DNA of 64,000 bases from NCBI GenBank assembly GCA_044892525.1, contig CM097885.1, positions 3,164,001 to 3,228,000 of the forward strand, written 5' to 3'. Shown in pieces: positions 22,269 through 34,719 of the stretch. Position 1 is the stretch's first letter. Each line of letters begins with the position of its first letter. A program made the translations under genes and the position numbers. Below the pieces are notes generated by a model that ran no database searches, was not told where the DNA came from, and saw only the letters and a list, made by a program, of their open reading frames with translations. The stretch is from Schmidtea polychroa (lineage: Eukaryota).

Positions 22269-25200
22269 ATGGACGCTGATTTACACAAAATTTTGAATGC
22301 CATGTTGATGGGTGAAAATGGTAAATTATTTAGTTATTATTATTATTATTTTTATTTATTATTTTAGAGAATTTATGGTACCAAGTGACTGAAGATGATT
22401 CAATTTTGAATGTTGATAGGATTTTCGGTAAATTTAAATATTTTAATTTTTATGAAATTATTATTTTATTTAGAACCTATTATAATTAGCGACGATGATG
22501 ATGTCGTGTTTATTGGGCAAAATGATGCCCCGGATAATGATGCCTTATTTGTTAGGCAAAACAATGTTTTTAATGAACAAAGTAAATTTATTTTATTTTA
22601 GTATATTATTTTTTAAAAATCATTTTAGTGTTTAATGTTGACATGGACGCTGAAATCGATGTTCCAATTAATAATGATTCTATTGAGGAGATGAATAATG
22701 CACTGACTTCTATCGATGAGTTGAATTATGTGGATAATACAATCGAGGAGCTTGTTAATGTGGATAATGCCCTCACTTCTATTGAGGAGGTTGCTGATAA
22801 TGAATCAGATTCCGACATGGAATCACGATGTTAGTATTTATTTATTTTTATATATTTATTTATTTTTTAAAAACCTTGTAAATTTCTTAAATACTTTTTA
22901 AACATTTTCTTTAAAAACTTATTTATAAAAACTTATTATGAAAATGAAGAAAATATTATGATGAAATTGAAAATGTTATGTTGACTAAATGATGAAAATA
23001 TTATGATGATGAAGAAAATGATGAAAATAATATGATGAAGAAAATGATGAAAATATTATGATGAAGAAAATGATGAAAATATTATGATGAAGAAAATGAT
23101 GAAAATATTATGATGAAGAAAATGATGAAAATATTATGATGAAGAAAATGATGAAAATATTATGATGAAGAAAATGATGAAGAAAATGTTTAAAAAGTAT
23201 TTAAGAAACAATAGTTTTAAAATATTCCTTGTAGTTTGCAATGAGCAACTACATTAGTTAAAATAATAATAATAATAATAATAATAATATTAAAAATAGT
23301 AATAAAAATATATCTTGTAGTCTGCAGTGAGCATGCAGCTACATATCTCTTTTATTATGATTGCCCCAATAAATGTAGTCTGCAGTGAGAATGCAGCTAC
23401 ATATCTCTTTTATTATGTTTGCCCTAATAAATGTAGTCTGCAGTGAGCATGCAGCTACATATCTCTTTTATTATGATTGCCCCAATAAATGTAGTCTGCA
23501 GTGAGCATGCAGCTACATATCTCTTTTATTATGTTTGCCCTAATAAATGTAGTCTGCAGTGAGCATGCAGCTACATATCTCTTTTATTATGATTGCCCCA
23601 ATAAATGTAGTCTGCAGTGAGCATGCAGCTACATATCTCTTTTATTATGATTGCCCCAATAAATGTAGTCAGCAGTCAGCTGCATCAAATATTTATTACA
23701 TAATAAATACCATTTATTAAATATAGTCTGCATGCAGCTGCATCAAACTATTTATTACGTAATACATACCCTTTATTAAATGTGTCTAAATGCAGCTGCA
23801 ACAAACTATTTATTACGTAATAATTAACCCTTATTAAATATAGTCTGCATGCAGCTGCATCAACTATTTATTATGTAATAATTATAATCTTTAAATGTAA
23901 TCTGCATGCAGCTGCATCAATAATGATAATAATGATAATAATAATAATAATAATAATAATAAAATCACACATTTATAGTTTACAAGACTTTATTAATATA
24001 AATACAATTTCATGATTAATATTAATTGATAAATATAATTAACAGGCAAATTATATCCACATTACTGCCAGGCTTCAACTGGTCACTCAAATTTATGTCA
24101 CAAAGTGATGAAAAAATATTATGGTCGTAAATTTTATGGCATCAAGTACTATATATGCCCAATATGCGAGACTTCCCATAGCATTAAATATTTAGAGTTT
24201 TACAGTATACATAAATCCCATTTAAATCAGTTCTCTTTAAATAAAAAGGATTTATTTAACAAATTGCGAAATACCGCAAAACCTATAATTAAAACTAATG
24301 TAAATAATACAAAACCTGTAAATAATATTACAAAACCTGTAAATAATAATACAAAACCTGTAAATAATATTACAAAACCTGTAAATAATAATAATACAAA
24401 ACCTGTAAATAATATTACAAAACCTGTAAATAATAATACAAAACATGTAAATAATATTACAAAACCTGTAAATAATAATAATACAAAACCTGTAAATAAT
24501 ATTACAAAACCTGTAAATAATAATATAAAACATGTAAATAATATTACAAAACCTCTAATTAATAATGTTATTAATGTAAATAATAATTTAAAAAGACCTG
24601 CTGTTAGTATTGAGTCTGATGCTCCCTCTAAAATTAATAAATTAGAACAAATAACTGTGGTTAATAGTATTCAAGTAGGCGGTTCAGTCGATATTGACGA
24701 TGAACCTGAAATCGAAATTGATTTTAAGGGGGTTCGAAAGAATCTAAGATTTAATGAAGAAAAGGATAACATCGTTCAAATATCCATAACCGATAAAATC
24801 GTTAATAAGTTAAATCATGAAATAAACAGAATGGGGTCGGTGAAAATACAATTCTCTGTTTTGATTCAATTTGAAAAAGATGGTGAAATTAAAGATAATT
24901 TCTTCTCGAATAGGGCAGAGGCTTTTTCAGATAGTTTTCTAAGTGAGGGGGTTCACAAATTAAATAATAAAATAGAAAAATTCGCATATTTGGGTAGTGG
25001 ATGGCGGGTTGTTAAAATCAAAGAAATAGATTTTATATTAACAAAATTTACACATATGAATAGGCTAGCTGGACATAGTTATATCCCCACCCCATCATCT
25101 TTAAATTCTAAAAATGCAATAGTAAACGTTAAAAACACTGATGATATGTGCTTTATATATAGTATTTTAGCACTTTTAAAACGTAATGTCGTACATATAA

Positions 25201-28200
25201 ATAGAAATAGAGTTAGTTCCTATGAAAATTATCTCAACGAGTTAAATTTTGACCCCATTTCCGACTGTCCAATGAAACTATGTGATATTCCTAAATTCGA
25301 GATGAAAAATAAAGATTTAAATTTAGCAATAAATGTTTTAACTTATAGAACGACCCCTGCTAAGCCTTTTGAAAATATAGTTGACGATAATTATATTCCA
25401 CATCATCCTCAATTAGATATTATTCACCGATCTAAGGTTATAGGTGGTGAACCCTTATACTTACTTTTATTGGAAGATGGTGATAATTTTCATTATACTG
25501 CAGTTTTTAATTTGCAAAGATTAATGAACTCGCATCGTAGTAGCTCTTGTAGTGTTCAAATTAAAGTGAACTGGTGCCCCCATTGTCTCAATGGTTTTCG
25601 ACATGAAAAAGCATTTGATATTCACGTTGCCTTATGCAGTAAGAACCAGATAGGTACTACTTTATACACGCTACCCAATGATAAAAATTTAATTTTTCAA
25701 AATTATGCGAAAACCATAACCCCGCCATTCGTGATATATGCAGACTTTGAATCAATTTTACCGGGGGATATAATACACCATCAAAAGCATTTGCCAATAA
25801 CAGCAGGTTTATTATTAATAAATAATTATAATAACTCTAAATTTTATTATGAGTTTGTTGGGGATGATTGTATCTTATCTTTCTTGCGTAAGGTGGAGGA
25901 AATTGCTATGACAATTGTCCTGCCATATTACGAAATTAATGGGAAAAAGCCCATGCAAACCTTGTCTTTCGCTGAAGAGCGGGCCTTTCGTGATTCCAGA
26001 ACCTGCTACCTTTGTAAAAAATTTATTAGAAATAGAGTTAGGGATCATTGCCACTTCTCAGGTAAGTATCTTGGTGCTGCCTGTAGGAAATGTAATGTGT
26101 CTCGGCGAATTCAGAGACAGTTACCTGTGGTTTTTCATAATTTGAGGGGGTATGATCTCCATCATATTTTGAAGTACGGTCTCAATAATTTTCCTTCTTG
26201 GGAATTAAATATTATTCCGACCACTACCGAGAAATTCATCTCTCTCATCGCATACATTAACAAACTGTCTGTTCGTTTTATTGACAGCATGCAGTTTGTT
26301 AATTCGTCTTTAGCAAAAGCAGTTAAGACTCTTTCCGATCTGCCTTTAACTTCTTCTGTTTTTGATGGCGCAATTATTCGAGCCAAAGGTATCTTTCCTT
26401 ATGACTTTGCCACATCTCTTGAGGTTCTGGAATCGACTCTTGAATTGCCACCTATCTGGGATTCTGTGTCTAATGATGAATATGCATTAGCTCAAGTTAT
26501 TTGGACTCAGCAAAACTGCAACAACATGTTAGATTACATGCTAACTTACCTTAAATTAGACGTGTTTCTCCTCGCAGACTATTTCCAACAATTCCGTGCA
26601 AAGGCCATTGCTTACAATGGTCTTGAGCCTCTTAATTTCTATGGCATTCCCGGTATGTCATGGGCCTCTGCGCTTATGACATTAACGGAACCCATTGAAC
26701 TTTTGCAGGACATGGAAATGTTTAATTTCTATGAAGGAGGGATACGGGGTGGGTTAACATTTGTTAACAAACATTATGTTGCAAGTTCTGAAGACACAGA
26801 ACTCTTGTATATTGATATTAATAACTTGTATGGTTGGGCCTTAAGCCAAAATCTGCCTTATGCTGACTTTGTTTGGGTGTATGATGATCTTGATTCTGTC
26901 TTGAATGAATGTATGAATGCTGATATCGATAACCTTCCATATGGTTATACTATGGAGGTAGATATCGATATCCCTGATTGTTTGCATGACTTTCTGAATG
27001 ATTTTCCTCTTGCTCCTGAAAAGATGTGCCCGCCAAATTCTAAAGTTGAGAAGCTGATGCTCACGCATTGGCCGAAGAAGAACCATGTTCTTCATTGGCG
27101 ACTTCTCAAGTTGTATATAGAATTGGGGGCTATTATTAAAAATGTACATAGAGCAATCAAATTTAAGCATGCACCCATTTTTAAATCTTACATAGACAAA
27201 AACACTAATTTGAGAGCCAATTCGACATGCGAATTATATAGGGATCTATACAAATTATTTAATAATAGTCTGTATGGGAAATCCGTAGAAAACCTTAAAA
27301 AACGGATGAATTTGAGGTTATGCAATTCATCTGAAAAGATGATTGTATATGCTTCAAAGCCGACTTTCAAGAAATCTATCAAAATTGATGATGACTTGAT
27401 TGCTGCACATCTATATAAGGATTCTATATGTTTAGACAGGCCTAGTTACATTGGCCAAACGGTGCTAGACCTGTCTAAACTGAGGATGTACCAGTTACAG
27501 TATAAAGAATTGGCTAAATATAGAAATGAATTTAAATGTGAGATAAATATCGTTGCCGGTGACACTGACTCCTTTTTCTTAGAGATAAACCATTGTAAGC
27601 TTGACACTCTTTTGCCGGCAATGATTCGTGACAATCTTTTAGACACTTCCAACTATGACCCTGCACATCCCTTATACTCTAGAAACCTTGATTCGGTGAT
27701 AGGTAAATTTAAAGATGAAAGTAAAGGTCTAGGGTATAAGGAATGGGTTTTCTTAAGACCCAAGTGCTATAGTTTGTTAGGGGCTAAAGATCATTTAAAA
27801 GCAAAAGGAGTCAGGTTAATAGGTACAGAAATTAGGCACGATTCATATTTAGAATGCTACAATAACAACGTAGTATTTTCTGTGCCACAAAGTAGGATAG
27901 GGACGCGGAACCATCAATTGTACACATTTAAAAACAATAAAATCGCGTTGACAAACAACGACGACAAGCGGTTTTGGGTGGGGAAAAATTCCAGTCTCGC
28001 ATTTGGTCATTATTTAGCACTAGATGATATAAATGATGATCAAATATTTGAAGAAGTTGGGCCACTATTCGGAGGATTAAGTCCAGATTTTGTTTCTGGT
28101 GATGAGGAAGTGGGTCCACTTTTCAATGGTTTAAGTCCAGATTTCGATTCTGGTGATGATCCTAATGATAAAAGAGATATAGATGATATTTTATTGTCAG

Positions 28201-28205
28201 ACTAA
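22269..28205 (+). CDS. Protein-primed DNA polymerase B; predicted exons 22269-22320, 22368-22427, 22474-22581, 22629-22829, 24046-28205 (about 1526 aa)
   Basis: ExoI YADFES, ExoII FHNLRGYD, pol motifs YIDINNLYG, KLFNNSLYGK, AGDTDS; endonuclease VII-like RDHCH..GKYLGAACRKCN. The large exon is certain. The 5' exons are predicted from four GT-AG introns that are all phase 1. Confidence 0.9.
22990..23190. repeat. 26-bp tandem repeat ATGATGAAGAAAATGATGAAAATATT
   Basis: About 7 copies visible, in the predicted long pPolB intron. Confidence 0.9.
23316..23920. repeat. 58-bp palindromic minisatellite (6-7 copies plus about 4 degenerate copies)
   Basis: Unit ATGTAGTCTGCAGTGAGCATGCAGCTACATATCTCTTTTATTATG(A/T)TTGCCC(C/T)AATAA, starts 58 nt apart (23373, 23431, 23489, 23547, 23605). 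Confidence 0.93.
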
Positions 28206-28434
28206 ACTGTGATAAATGTTAATATATCTTTAATAAAACGTTTCTTCTACATTGTTGTATTATCTAAAATTTTTATTGAAAACTTGTTATAGTTTTCACA
28301 TTTCTTACAAATGTTAAACACTTGTATAAATATATTTATTAATATTGATAAAGTTTTTATAAATCATGTTTAACTATTGAAAGAAATTTTTATTTGAAAT
28401 GTATGTATGAGCTCACCACTACATATATGAGTTG

Positions 28435-28597
28435 AGTGTACATTTAAAGTATAATATTTAGAATTTAGAAAGTTTTACCTTGAATATTTTTACCAGTACC
28501 TTTGTGAACAATAACCATGTGACTTGTTGAGTGTGAGTAGTACCCTTGCTAGCAATACCCATAGGGGGTCAGAATATTTTGTCGGATAGACTCGGTG
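28435..28597 (-). repeat. Inner, more diverged inverted repeat (right)
   Basis: Reverse complement TATATA|CACCGAGTCTATCCGACAAAATATTCTGACCCCCTATGGG... matches 15011-15173. Confidence 0.9.
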
Positions 28598-28606
28598 TAT
28601 ATATGC

Positions 28607-28701
<95 letters not shown>

Positions 28702-29965
28702 CTTAGAAAATAATAATATGTAATCAACGATTTAAACAAAATTATATTATTACGTATTCTATAATTAAAACAGAAGAATTATATAATCAATGATTTAAAC
28801 AAATTATATAATCATCGATAATTAAAACAAAATTATTAATTCTAAAAATATTAGGCATCGTTCTAAAAGTATGATGTAATCATTCTAAAAATATTAGGCA
28901 TCGTTCTAAAAGTATGACGTAATCATTCTAAAAATATTAGGCATCATTCTAAAAATAATAGACATCGTTCTAAAATTATGACGTAATCATTCTAAAAATA
29001 TTAGGCATCATTCTAAAATATTAGACATCATTCTAAAAATATTAGGCATCGTTCTAAAAATATTTGGCATCGTTCTAAAAATATGACGTAATCAATCTAA
29101 AAATATTAGGCACCGTTCTAAAAATATTAGGCATCGTTCTAAAAATAATAGACATCGTTCTAAAAATATTTGGCATCGTTCTAAAAATATGACGTAATCA
29201 ATCTAAAAATATTAGGCATCGTTCTAAAAATATGATGAGTCATTGTCTTTGTTCTAAAATTATGACGTAATCATTCTAAAAATATTAGGCATCATTCTAA
29301 AATATTAGACATCATTCTAAAAATAATAGACATCGTTCTAAAAATATTTGGCATCATTCTAAAATATTAGACATCATTCTAAAAATGTGATGAGTCATTG
29401 TCTTTGTTCTAAAAATGTGATGAGTCATCGTATGATAAAAATCTATATCTCACTAGAAAGTTCTTGCACAGAGCTTTAAAATAAGCTATCGATCAATATA
29501 ATATGTTGGCGGGAACAATAATTTTTGGGATGAAAAAAAGTAGGTCCCCGCTGGATCACTTAATAATATTTTGAAAAATAATAATAATTTAACGTTGAAA
29601 AGATGGTGGTCATCAATTGTTAATAACATTAAAACTATTAAAGATATATAAGATACCTATAGCTCATTCGAAAGGTCTTGGACTGAGCTTTAAGATGAGG
29701 TATCGTTCAATAAAATTTGTTGGCGGGAACATTACTTTTGGGAAGAAAAAAGTAGGTCACCGCTGGACCAATTAATTTAAAAAAAATTACGTAATAGTTC
29801 TAAAAATATTAGGCATCGTTCTAAAAATATTAGGCATTGATTACGTAATAGTTCTAAAAATATTAGGCATCGTTCTAAAAAAAAAATAAAATTTTTCAGA
29901 CCGGGGGGGGGGTATATGTGATCTGGAGGGGACCTGATCTGGCGGGGACACATCCTACTACTACT
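28598..29965 (-). repeat. Right terminal inverted repeat of the Polinton
   Basis: Reverse complement of 13795-15010, about 150 bp longer because of extra internal repeat units. Confidence 0.96.
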
Positions 29966-30015
29966 GATAGTCAAGTGATTTTTTCTAAAAGTTGTATTTT
30001 TTTGTTTTTAAATCA

Positions 30016-30534
30016 TGTCAATATACAATGTTTTCATGATAAAAAAACTATATTGTAAAATAAAAAAACTATTTTGTAAAATATAAATACTATTATATAT
30101 AGACTTAATATATTTCATTCCACCTATAAAATGCAACAATTAAAACTAACTTTTCAAAGTTTTGTGTAAACACTAATAAATGAATTTTCAAAATAATATA
30201 ATTTCAACTTGATGTTCGTTTTTTCTTTGTTTATGTTGTTTAGATATTTTTTTATTTTAAATCATATTTTTATCGTATTTTCATTAAAAGACATTAATTT
30301 TTTTGGTTGATTTTTTTTTAAAAAAGACATTTTATAACCTCTAATCTATTATTATTTTAATAAAAAATTTAACCTTTTTTAAAAAATTGACCCCATTTTT
30401 ATTTTTTTCCTGTTTTAAATATTTAAAATTTTAACTATGGATATTTGACCAAGGTCAATTTTTCATAATATTTATAAAATAATTTTTTTATTTTACAATA
30501 TAGTTTATTATCATGGAAACCCTGTATTATTGAC
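30016..30534. repeat. AT-rich foldback/MITE-like segment with imperfect inverted ends of about 50 bp
   Basis: GTCAATATACAATGTTTTCATGATAAAAAAACTATATTGTAAAATAAAAAA versus TTTTTTATTTTACAATATAGTTTATTATCATGGAAACCCTGTATTATTGAC. Confidence 0.55.
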
Positions 30535-30619
30535 TAATAGAAAAATACCTCGTTCAATGTAATATCAATTTTATCTTAATATTTTAATCATCAATTTATT
30601 TTCGTATAATATATAAAAT

Positions 30620-30887
30620 TAAGGATGAACAAATTTCTAAAACGAAATTGCGGTTCTCAAGAAAATAATAATGATGGAGCAAGAACAAGTGGAAGTATCA
30701 GCCGTGTACTCGATACAGAAAAATTAAATTTAAGGTCTCGAAAACACAGTAATGTGCAACAAAATAAGAAAAAATTGACAGACAATATTTGATCGAATAT
30801 TTAAGTTTTGGGTTTAGTGTTAGTGCTCTGCGAGAAAAATATATACATAATTGTGTTCCGCGTCTTTGAAAAGGTTAAAAACTACTG
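30620..30887 (+). mobile_element. Degenerate hAT (Charlie/ZBED5-like) remnant
   Basis: MNKFLKR... then frameshifted RQYLIEYLSFGF; Charlie-like end AAAAGGTTAAAAACTACTG. Confidence 0.45.
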
Positions 30888-33800
30888 GTCTGGGGTTTCA
30901 CGATCAAGAGAGGCTTATATTCAAATTACACTATGCTAAAAATATTGAATACTGAAACACTGGAACGGAAATAAGGAGAAATTCTACGCATATGACTAAT
31001 AAAAAAACATTAAAAATTGTGTTTAATGAGTTATTGTTACAACTACTAAATATGGCGCTGAGAATAAATATCTAAATAAATTATCCTTGCCACATTTTTT
31101 ATAAAGGTTAGTACTAATCACAATATATTTCATTTTGCATATTGATGTATATCACAGTATTGATGTATTTTATTCTCTATTATGTAACACACAAACTTAA
31201 AAATTGATGGTGAAAGAGTCTCATAAGTGGAATAGCCTAAGGCTGCTTTTCATCTAAATCCAGCCCTTGCTGTAGCATATTCAATAATTTAGGTTTCTCT
31301 GTTTCAACTATTTCCCGTTGAAATTATTAGGCCTAAGTTGTACAGGCCTATCTATACATAATAAATATAAATACATCTCCGAAAACAGACCTTAAGTTGG
31401 TAGTTAGGTTATAAAACTCAACGAGAAACTAACATAAGTAACTCGCTATCCGCGAGGCGTTTCAAACCTGTACACAGTCTTGAACACCGAGTTTAGGTCT
31501 TGGTATAAACTCATTTCCATAACGTATATACATGAATATTTATCCACTTGTATCTCTTCCAGTAACAATATACTTCAGTGGAATACGTAATCATAGAACG
31601 ATTAGAGTATCCATGACCTAGATTATTAAAGATCTTTGTTTACGGAAAATGTATATTTTACTATCTAAATTAATTTTTACAATCATTTATTGTAATAGTA
31701 AAGAGTTTTTGTCAAAACGATTTTTATCCGACTAATCCGACAATCCCAAAATCGCGCGAGCGCTATTCTGATTGTATTTTGTAAATTGAGCTGATTTGAG
31801 TTAGACGAATTGAAATTATCATTTATGGGTAACTGACAAAACATACAGTAATGATCAATTTGTAAAATAAATATTTGGACTTTGCGTATGATGTTAGCCT
31901 TTAGACCTTTTTGTCAATGTACTCCAAGTTTTCCAAGATTATAAAGCAAAGCTTGTCTTCTCATCTTAGAATTTTGCAATCTTTGAAAGGTTAAGATTTA
32001 AACTGGGCACTCTTAACATTTTGTGTTGTTTTTGACATTCCAATTTCCATGCCAGGCTGCATAAACTATAGCCATTTTACATCCTCTTATTATTAGCAAT
32101 GCACTTTAGCTATGATTGTACTCCCGAAATAGCCACACCAAACAGCCTCATAAAAAACCGTCATAATATCAGATAAATGAAATAATATTACTTATTTACT
32201 TCAAGATTCAGGGGGTCCTGTACATGGTTTCATATCTATCTCAATATTTATTTATCCAGGCACAGTACTAGCCTCCAAGGCGTACCTATCGTATGGCAGG
32301 TTAAAATTGGTTTTAAATTTAAATTCTTTTCAACTAAGAGGGAACATTAATAAAAATGTTAATTTCTTTACTATGAGGATATTGAAATGAAATTTGTAAA
32401 TGATGTACTTATAAAATTTTATTTCGTGATTTTTTAAAAATGGCTGTTAATCAGTGTTCGTATTTAAAACATTATCATTTTCCGCAAATTGCAATTTATA
32501 AATAATTGTTTTCTTTTTTTATACTTTATAAAATAGTACCTGAGAATTGAGAACTATGAAACGTTCATTTGAGAAGAGGAAAGAAAGTGGCCCTGTAGGT
32601 CGAAAAAGACGCTTGTTAGAGGGAAAAGAAGTAGGAAAAAGGCGGCAAAATTTTTAATACGTTTTGGTACTTCCGTGTTATCTTACCCCCAAAAATTAAA
32701 TTAAAAAAGAACACATATAATTATTATATTTATTTTCTAAATCACAGTTACAAACTCAGCAAATGTTTGTAAAGAGTTTGTAAATGGTCATCCAGGTGGC
32801 CAGAAAACCACAATGTCGTTGAGAATAGTGTCGAACACATCGGCACTGTTGCTTAGAACACGTTTGCGCCACATAAACTCACATAATCACATATTCACAT
32901 AAATCACAGATAGCCTTAATAAATTCATGTTCAATAATGTTCAATAACGTCATCAATAATGTATTCTCTCATTTTTTATATTGTTATTTTAATTGTATTT
33001 TATAATTTAATTTTTGGGGGTAAGATAACACGGAAGTACCTACATTTTTTAGAAAATCAAGCACAAACACGATTTCTTCAGAATGTCCTGAAAATTCTGC
33101 AAATTCTAGAGAATTGAAAGATGCTGGGCCAAGTTCAACCGAGAAAGAATTTGATACGACATCTAATGATGCAGAAAAGATAACTGAAAATATTTTGAGA
33201 AGGTCTTCAGAGAATTCTAATTCTAGAAAGTATGCTACTTCTGAAGAATTAGAAGATGGGTCTGACAAAGAAATAGATACTGATGACGCTGAATTAAATA
33301 AAAACTTGATGTCCAAAGACGCAGAAAATATAAAAAATCCCATATCTAGAGCGCTTGAAGAACATGAAATTGGTCTTCTTAAGTTTAGTGGGGAATCGGG
33401 AAAGGCCATTGTAACTGATGCGTTGAGAATAGAAATAATAAATCTCGGTTCTAAGTATTTTCAAAACAGCGAGGAACCTTTTTACCCACTAACAATCGTT
33501 CTATGAACAAAACTTGGTTAATAAAAAATAGGAAATGGTCTTGGTGAGCAAGTGATGCCCTCATGGTTAGTTTATTCACCTTCCAAAAAGTTTTGTATTT
33601 GGTGTCTTCATTTTCCGGTTCGATAACCAATTTAGTTTGGAGCAAGAAGGCGGATTTAAGCAATGGGAAGCACTTGAGAGAATGAGTGTTCATGAAAATA
33701 CCAAAAATCATTGACAATGCCTTACTCAGTGGAAAGAAATGAAAAGAAATTTACTTACCAACAGAGGCATAATTGATGCAGAACTTCAAGAGCAAATTAA

Positions 33801-34719
33801 AAGAGAAAGTCAGAAGTGGTCAGATATTTTGAAAATACCTTGCGATACAAAACCTGGCTTTGCGAGGCTATAGAGAGTCACTTCAGTCAGATCTTAATAC
33901 AGGAAATTTACTTGGTTTGTTGAAACTAATTTCTAATTTTGACCCTTTCGTAAAAGAAAACATAAGAATTGCGGAGAGCCATTCTGGATTCACTTCATAT
34001 CTTTCACCAAAGATACAGAACGTGTTTATTCACACCATGGCATCTACTGTTCGTGATAGTTTGCTAGAAAGAATAAGTAAAGCAAAGTATTATGGACTCA
34101 TGTTTGACTCGACCCCTGATCAAGCTCATCGTGAACAAATGTCTGAGGTAGTCAGATATGTTGATATAAATTTTGAGAAAAAAATTGTTCAGATTAAAGA
34201 GTCATTTCTCGGTTTTGTACCAATAAGCGATAAGGACGCTGCAAGCTGCTGTCAAGATATATTGAAGCAGTGAGAGAAAGACAATATGAATTTAGAAGAT
34301 TTTAGGTCACAGTGCTATGATAATGATGCTGTTATGGCTGGACACAAGACTGGTGTTCATCAAAGAATCAAGAAAATAACAACATGGCAATATTTGTGAA
34401 TTGTGATAATCATTCTCTCAATTTGGTAGGCGTCCATGCAGCCAAAGAAGAAGTAATGATGGTAACCTTTTTTGGAACCATCGATGCACTTTATGTTTTC
34501 TTTTCTCGTTCAACACAGCGTTGGGAAAAGCTCAAACCTGTTGTACCTGTGGCTTTAAATTCTGACTCCGATACCAGGTGGAGCGCTAAAACGGAATTTG
34601 TAAAACCTCTTAACAAATATCTTGAGCAAATAGTGGAAGTTCTCCAGAAGATAACGGACGATGAAAGCTCGACTAGTAAAACTAAAAGCGGCGCAAAGAA
34701 ACTTTATAATCGAATATTA

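Noticed and set aside
23316..23920. CRISPR-like appearance of palindromic repeats
   Set aside because: No unique spacers, no cas genes, eukaryotic context.
24252..28119. Short antisense and alternate-frame ORFs within pPolB (likewise within the P450 and CEP290)
   Set aside because: Shadow ORFs of real coding sequence with no independent motifs.
30620..30795. Possible continuation of the 11696 coiled-coil gene across the Polinton
   Set aside because: That gene ends at 13366; this segment looks like a hAT N-terminal remnant.
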